Of a stretch of DNA of 64,000 nt, positions 60,625-64,000 are shown piece by piece. The stretch's first letter is position 1, and the number at the start of each line of letters is the position of its first letter. This DNA comes from Nitrosopumilus sp. (GTDB taxonomy: Archaea; Thermoproteota; Nitrososphaeria; Nitrososphaerales; Nitrosopumilaceae), in assembly GCA_965197525.1 (NCBI GenBank), contig OZ240211.1:96001-160000 (forward strand), read 5' to 3'. Made by a program: the position numbers and the translations under genes. The notes below the pieces were generated by a model. That model was given only the letters and a program-made list of their open reading frames with translations, searched no databases and was not told the DNA's origin.

Positions 60625-62538
60625 ATGCGCATACTGCAACTACATTGTGACAGTCTAGAGTATACCCCTACTAAAAAAGAGATCAAGGCAGCCGAGCTCA
60701 TAACGGATCTTAGCACTAGACAGTTTCAAGAACTAGTAGTTGTGTTTGTTGCAATAGAGGACGGCGACAACACAAGCGTAGCCAAGAATGCCGTATCTCA
60801 GATAAAAGATTCTATGGGAAAGATTGGCTGCAAAAAGTTGTTGTTATACCCTTATGCTCATCTGAGCTCTAACCTTGCTTTACCATCCATTGCATTAAAA
60901 TTACTTGAAGAGATGAAGAGTCATGCAGTGGAGTTAGACCTTGATGTATCTCATTCTCCATTTGGTTGGACTAAATCCTACAAGCTCAAAGTAAAAGGAC
61001 ACCCACTTGCTGAAAGTTCCAAAGTTATCACAAAAGATTCTATACATCCAAGCAGTAACAAAAGCGATGGTGGTGATAACGATGACGACGACGATGACAC
61101 TGAGATAACCTCCGATGCTCTAAAAGGCGAATCAAAAATACGATCCTTTTGGAAGATTCTGTCCCCTGATGGTATCGTGTCCAACATCGGTGATTTTGAC
61201 TTTACTAATCATAAAAAATTAGAGGTACTTGCAAAATACGAATCTGCCAAACAACGAAGCTCAGACCAGCCGCCACCTCACGTTGGACTGATGAAAAAGT
61301 TAGGCATATCTGATTATGAGCCAGCATCTGATTCAGGCAATATGCGTTTTTATCCTAATGGCCGTCTTATCAAATCCCTAATTGAGAGATATGTTACTGA
61401 TAGAGTAAAAGAGTATGGTGGGTATGAGGTTGAGACTCCCATAATGTATGATTCAGAACATCCAAGCATGGTGAGTTATTTCAACCGATTTCCTGCAAGA
61501 CAGTACAACATTGATTCAGAGGGCAAGAGATTGTTTCTAAGATTTGCTGCATGTTTTGGGCAGTTCCTTATGGCAAATCAATACCAGCTATCCTACAAGA
61601 GTCTGCCGTTCAAACTTTACGAGCTTACACGATACAGCTTTCGACGTGAACAGTCAGGCGAACTAGTTGGTTTAAGACGGTTAAGAGCATTTACTATGCC
61701 TGATTGCCATGCCTTCTGTAAGGATATTGATCAGGCAGTAGATGAGATTAAAACTCGATTTGATCTATCCCAAAGCGTTCTCAAAGAACTTGGAGTCGAA
61801 CAGTCAGACTACGAGATGGCAATCAGGTTTACTGAGGATTTTTACCACGAGAACAAATCTGCAATTCATGACTTGGTTAACAGACACGGCAGGCCTGTTC
61901 TAGTTGAGATGTGGAAAGAAAAATTCTTTTACTTTGTGCTAAAGTGGGAGTTTAACTTTATTGACAGTCTTGGAAAGGCATCTGCACTGTCCACCGATCA
62001 GATTGACGTTGAGAATGGTAAGCGATACGATATAGATTTCGTAGATGAGCATAACATAAAACAGCATCCTATAATCTTACACAACTCGCCTAGTGGTGCA
62101 ATTGAGAGAATCATCTATGTATTGCTTGAAAAAGCAGCACAGGATTCAAGGCAAGGACGCAAACCCCAACTTCCTTTGTGGCTTACACCTGTCCAGGTGC
62201 GCATTATACCGATCACTGAAGAGTTTGACGGGTTCTCGGAGAGACTGTGCGAGAAGATATCTGCAGAAAACGTACGTGTTGATATTGATGATAGAAACGA
62301 CAGCATTGCAAAGAGAATACGTTATGCGGAAAAGGAGTGGATACGATACATACTAGTAATTGGGAAAAAAGAGACCGAGTCGCAGAACCTTAACATTCGT
62401 GATAGGCAGACAGGCAACTTGCATGAGATGTCCTTTGATGATTTTATTGCTAGCATTCATGACCAGACTGCCCAAAAACCGTTTACCGGCCTGAACCTTC
62501 CAAAACATCTATCAAAGAGACCAAACCTGATGGTGTGA
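60625..62538 (+). CDS. thrS: Threonyl-tRNA synthetase (archaeal editing domain)
   Basis: MRILQLH, LYPYAHLS, PFGWTK, FRREQSGE, RAFTMPDCH, SPSGAIER. Confidence 0.97.
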   Translation: MRILQLHCDSLEYTPTKKEIKAAELITDLSTRQFQELVVVFVAIEDGDNTSVAKNAVSQIKDSMGKIGCKKLLLYPYAHLSSNLALPSIALKLLEEMKSHAVELDLDVSHSPFGWTKSYKLKVKGHPLAESSKVITKDSIHPSSNKSDGGDNDDDDDDTEITSDALKGESKIRSFWKILSPDGIVSNIGDFDFTNHKKLEVLAKYESAKQRSSDQPPPHVGLMKKLGISDYEPASDSGNMRFYPNGRLIKSLIERYVTDRVKEYGGYEVETPIMYDSEHPSMVSYFNRFPARQYNIDSEGKRLFLRFAACFGQFLMANQYQLSYKSLPFKLYELTRYSFRREQSGELVGLRRLRAFTMPDCHAFCKDIDQAVDEIKTRFDLSQSVLKELGVEQSDYEMAIRFTEDFYHENKSAIHDLVNRHGRPVLVEMWKEKFFYFVLKWEFNFIDSLGKASALSTDQIDVENGKRYDIDFVDEHNIKQHPIILHNSPSGAIERIIYVLLEKAAQDSRQGRKPQLPLWLTPVQVRIIPITEEFDGFSERLCEKISAENVRVDIDDRNDSIAKRIRYAEKEWIRYILVIGKKETESQNLNIRDRQTGNLHEMSFDDFIASIHDQTAQKPFTGLNLPKHLSKRPNLMV

Positions 62539-63446
62539 GTGTATTGAGTTTCGTTGATTTGTACATGAGTAACAATCCGCTAATTACTACATCAGGTAGT
62601 AACAATGATGATGGTGCCTCCCAATCATCATCATCACCTGCCGCTACAGTATTTGGTGTTCCTTTTGATTCCACCCATTCCTTTAGGCCTGGATGCAGAT
62701 TTGGACCTGACTCGATTCGTGAATCATTTAACAATATAGAGATCTTTCACCCTGATCTTCATGTGGATTTGGATGATGGCAATGTGTACATTGAAGATCT
62801 AGGAAATACTAGACATACTGTTGTTGCATCTGAGATGGTAAAGATGGTAAAGAACATAACAACAGAGCTTGTGGCAAAACAAAGGCAGTTGTTTATCTTA
62901 GGCGGCGAACACTCTATTACGTATCCTGCATATACCAGCTTTCCAAAAGAGACTGGATACATAGTCTTTGACGCACACTATGACCTAAGAGACGAGTTTG
63001 CAGACAGCAGGCTGAGTCATGCATCCTACTTGAGAAGAGTCATTGAAGAGCGAGGTTCTGATAATATTCTACATGTTGGCGCACGGGCGTTTGATAGTAG
63101 TGAATATCAGTTTCTTGCAGAGCATCATATCAAAACAATCACTGACAAGGAGATACGCGACGGCTTGGGACCGAATCTTTTGGAGGACTATGTGTCTGTT
63201 TTTGATAGTGTCTATTCAAGTTTTGATCTTGATGTTTTGGATCCTGCATATGCCCCAGGTGTTGGCAATCCAGAGGCAGTGGGCATAACCTCTAGAGAGT
63301 TATTTGATATGATATACTCATTCTCTGATACCAAGGTGATGGGTGTTGATGTTGTAGAGTTGAATCCATACTGCGATAACGGTTCTACTGCATCAATTGC
63401 TGCAAAAATCATCTCAACTTTGATTGCATTAAATCTCTCCAAGTAA
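62535..63446 (+). CDS. speB: Agmatinase
   Basis: GGEHS, FDAHYD and SFDLDVLDPAYAPG ureohydrolase motifs. Confidence 0.93.
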   Translation: MSVLSFVDLYMSNNPLITTSGSNNDDGASQSSSSPAATVFGVPFDSTHSFRPGCRFGPDSIRESFNNIEIFHPDLHVDLDDGNVYIEDLGNTRHTVVASEMVKMVKNITTELVAKQRQLFILGGEHSITYPAYTSFPKETGYIVFDAHYDLRDEFADSRLSHASYLRRVIEERGSDNILHVGARAFDSSEYQFLAEHHIKTITDKEIRDGLGPNLLEDYVSVFDSVYSSFDLDVLDPAYAPGVGNPEAVGITSRELFDMIYSFSDTKVMGVDVVELNPYCDNGSTASIAAKIISTLIALNLSK

Positions 63447-63482
63447 CGTAGTTATTTATTCAGGTATATCTGCTAGTAGTTA

Positions 63483-63725
63483 ATGGGATTGTTATACACC
63501 AAATTTTATATTGATTTTGAGACCGATCAATGGAAACAGATATCTAATGATCCAATTGTCTTTGAGACTATCAAAGACGATGTAAATCTTGAGATAACTG
63601 ATACATCTCACAAGTCATATACGTTACACTTTAAGAAAGGTGGAAGACTTGGAATGTTCAGGGTCACAGGAAAGTTTCGTCTTACTTGGAACAATGATGA
63701 CATTTTATCTAATCGGTTAGGTTAA
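63483..63725 (+). CDS. Conserved hypothetical protein
   Basis: 80-aa ORF following agmatinase. Confidence 0.7.
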   Translation: MGLLYTKFYIDFETDQWKQISNDPIVFETIKDDVNLEITDTSHKSYTLHFKKGGRLGMFRVTGKFRLTWNNDDILSNRLG

Positions 63726-64000
63726 ACCCAAAGCCAACTTTCCTCTACCACATCAAGCTACATTCTACCACATCAAGTCATTTCATTTTTTACCGTTTTT
63801 CCATTTTCTCATATTAGACCACCTCGCTTTCTTTAAAAAAATATTTTAAAATCAAACCTAATTTCATACTCACACGTCTCTATGCGGTTTTGACACGTAA
63901 TACACCATGTTATGCCCAGTAGCCATAAAATTCCGTCATACAAATGAAATCAAAAGCCATAAAATACGCGTAAAGGTATGTCAAACAGGCTTAGAAAATT

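Noticed and set aside
452-63442. Numerous short antisense or alternate-frame ORFs in the track (e.g. 1857-2303, 14964-15389, 21530-22027, 36011-36445, 44396-44755)
   Set aside because: Shadows of well-supported genes on the opposite strand or frame, with no independent motifs.

Overview
Archaeal chromosome segment of a Nitrosopumilaceae-like thaumarchaeon (Nitrososphaerota), judged from CdvA, TFB, RpoK, eS25, archaeal ThrRS, PolB, Hef, FEN1, ThyX and the methylmalonyl-CoA mutase/epimerase/MeaB genes. The core backbone is interrupted by many mobile elements: IS3, ISH3, IS5/ISL2, two IS5 remnants, an IS6-type mini-element and IS630. It also contains several pseudogenes, AT-rich gene deserts and repeated trinucleotide/dinucleotide slippage, a pattern suggesting a host-associated lineage in early genome erosion (inference). 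One tRNA-Ser(CGA); no rRNA and no CRISPR array seen. The most unusual items are (1) a 497-bp element with IS6-type terminal inverted repeats and an 8-bp target duplication whose only cargo is the 3' end of a tnpB gene; (2) a GC-richer AbiEii-like toxin paired with a double-wHTH antitoxin whose TATA box is enclosed by a perfect 10-bp inverted repeat; and (3) three paralogous orphan winged-helix genes, two of which share a TATA-abutting AGACTA-N7-TAGTCT palindrome. All family calls come from motif recognition by eye; no database search was run.
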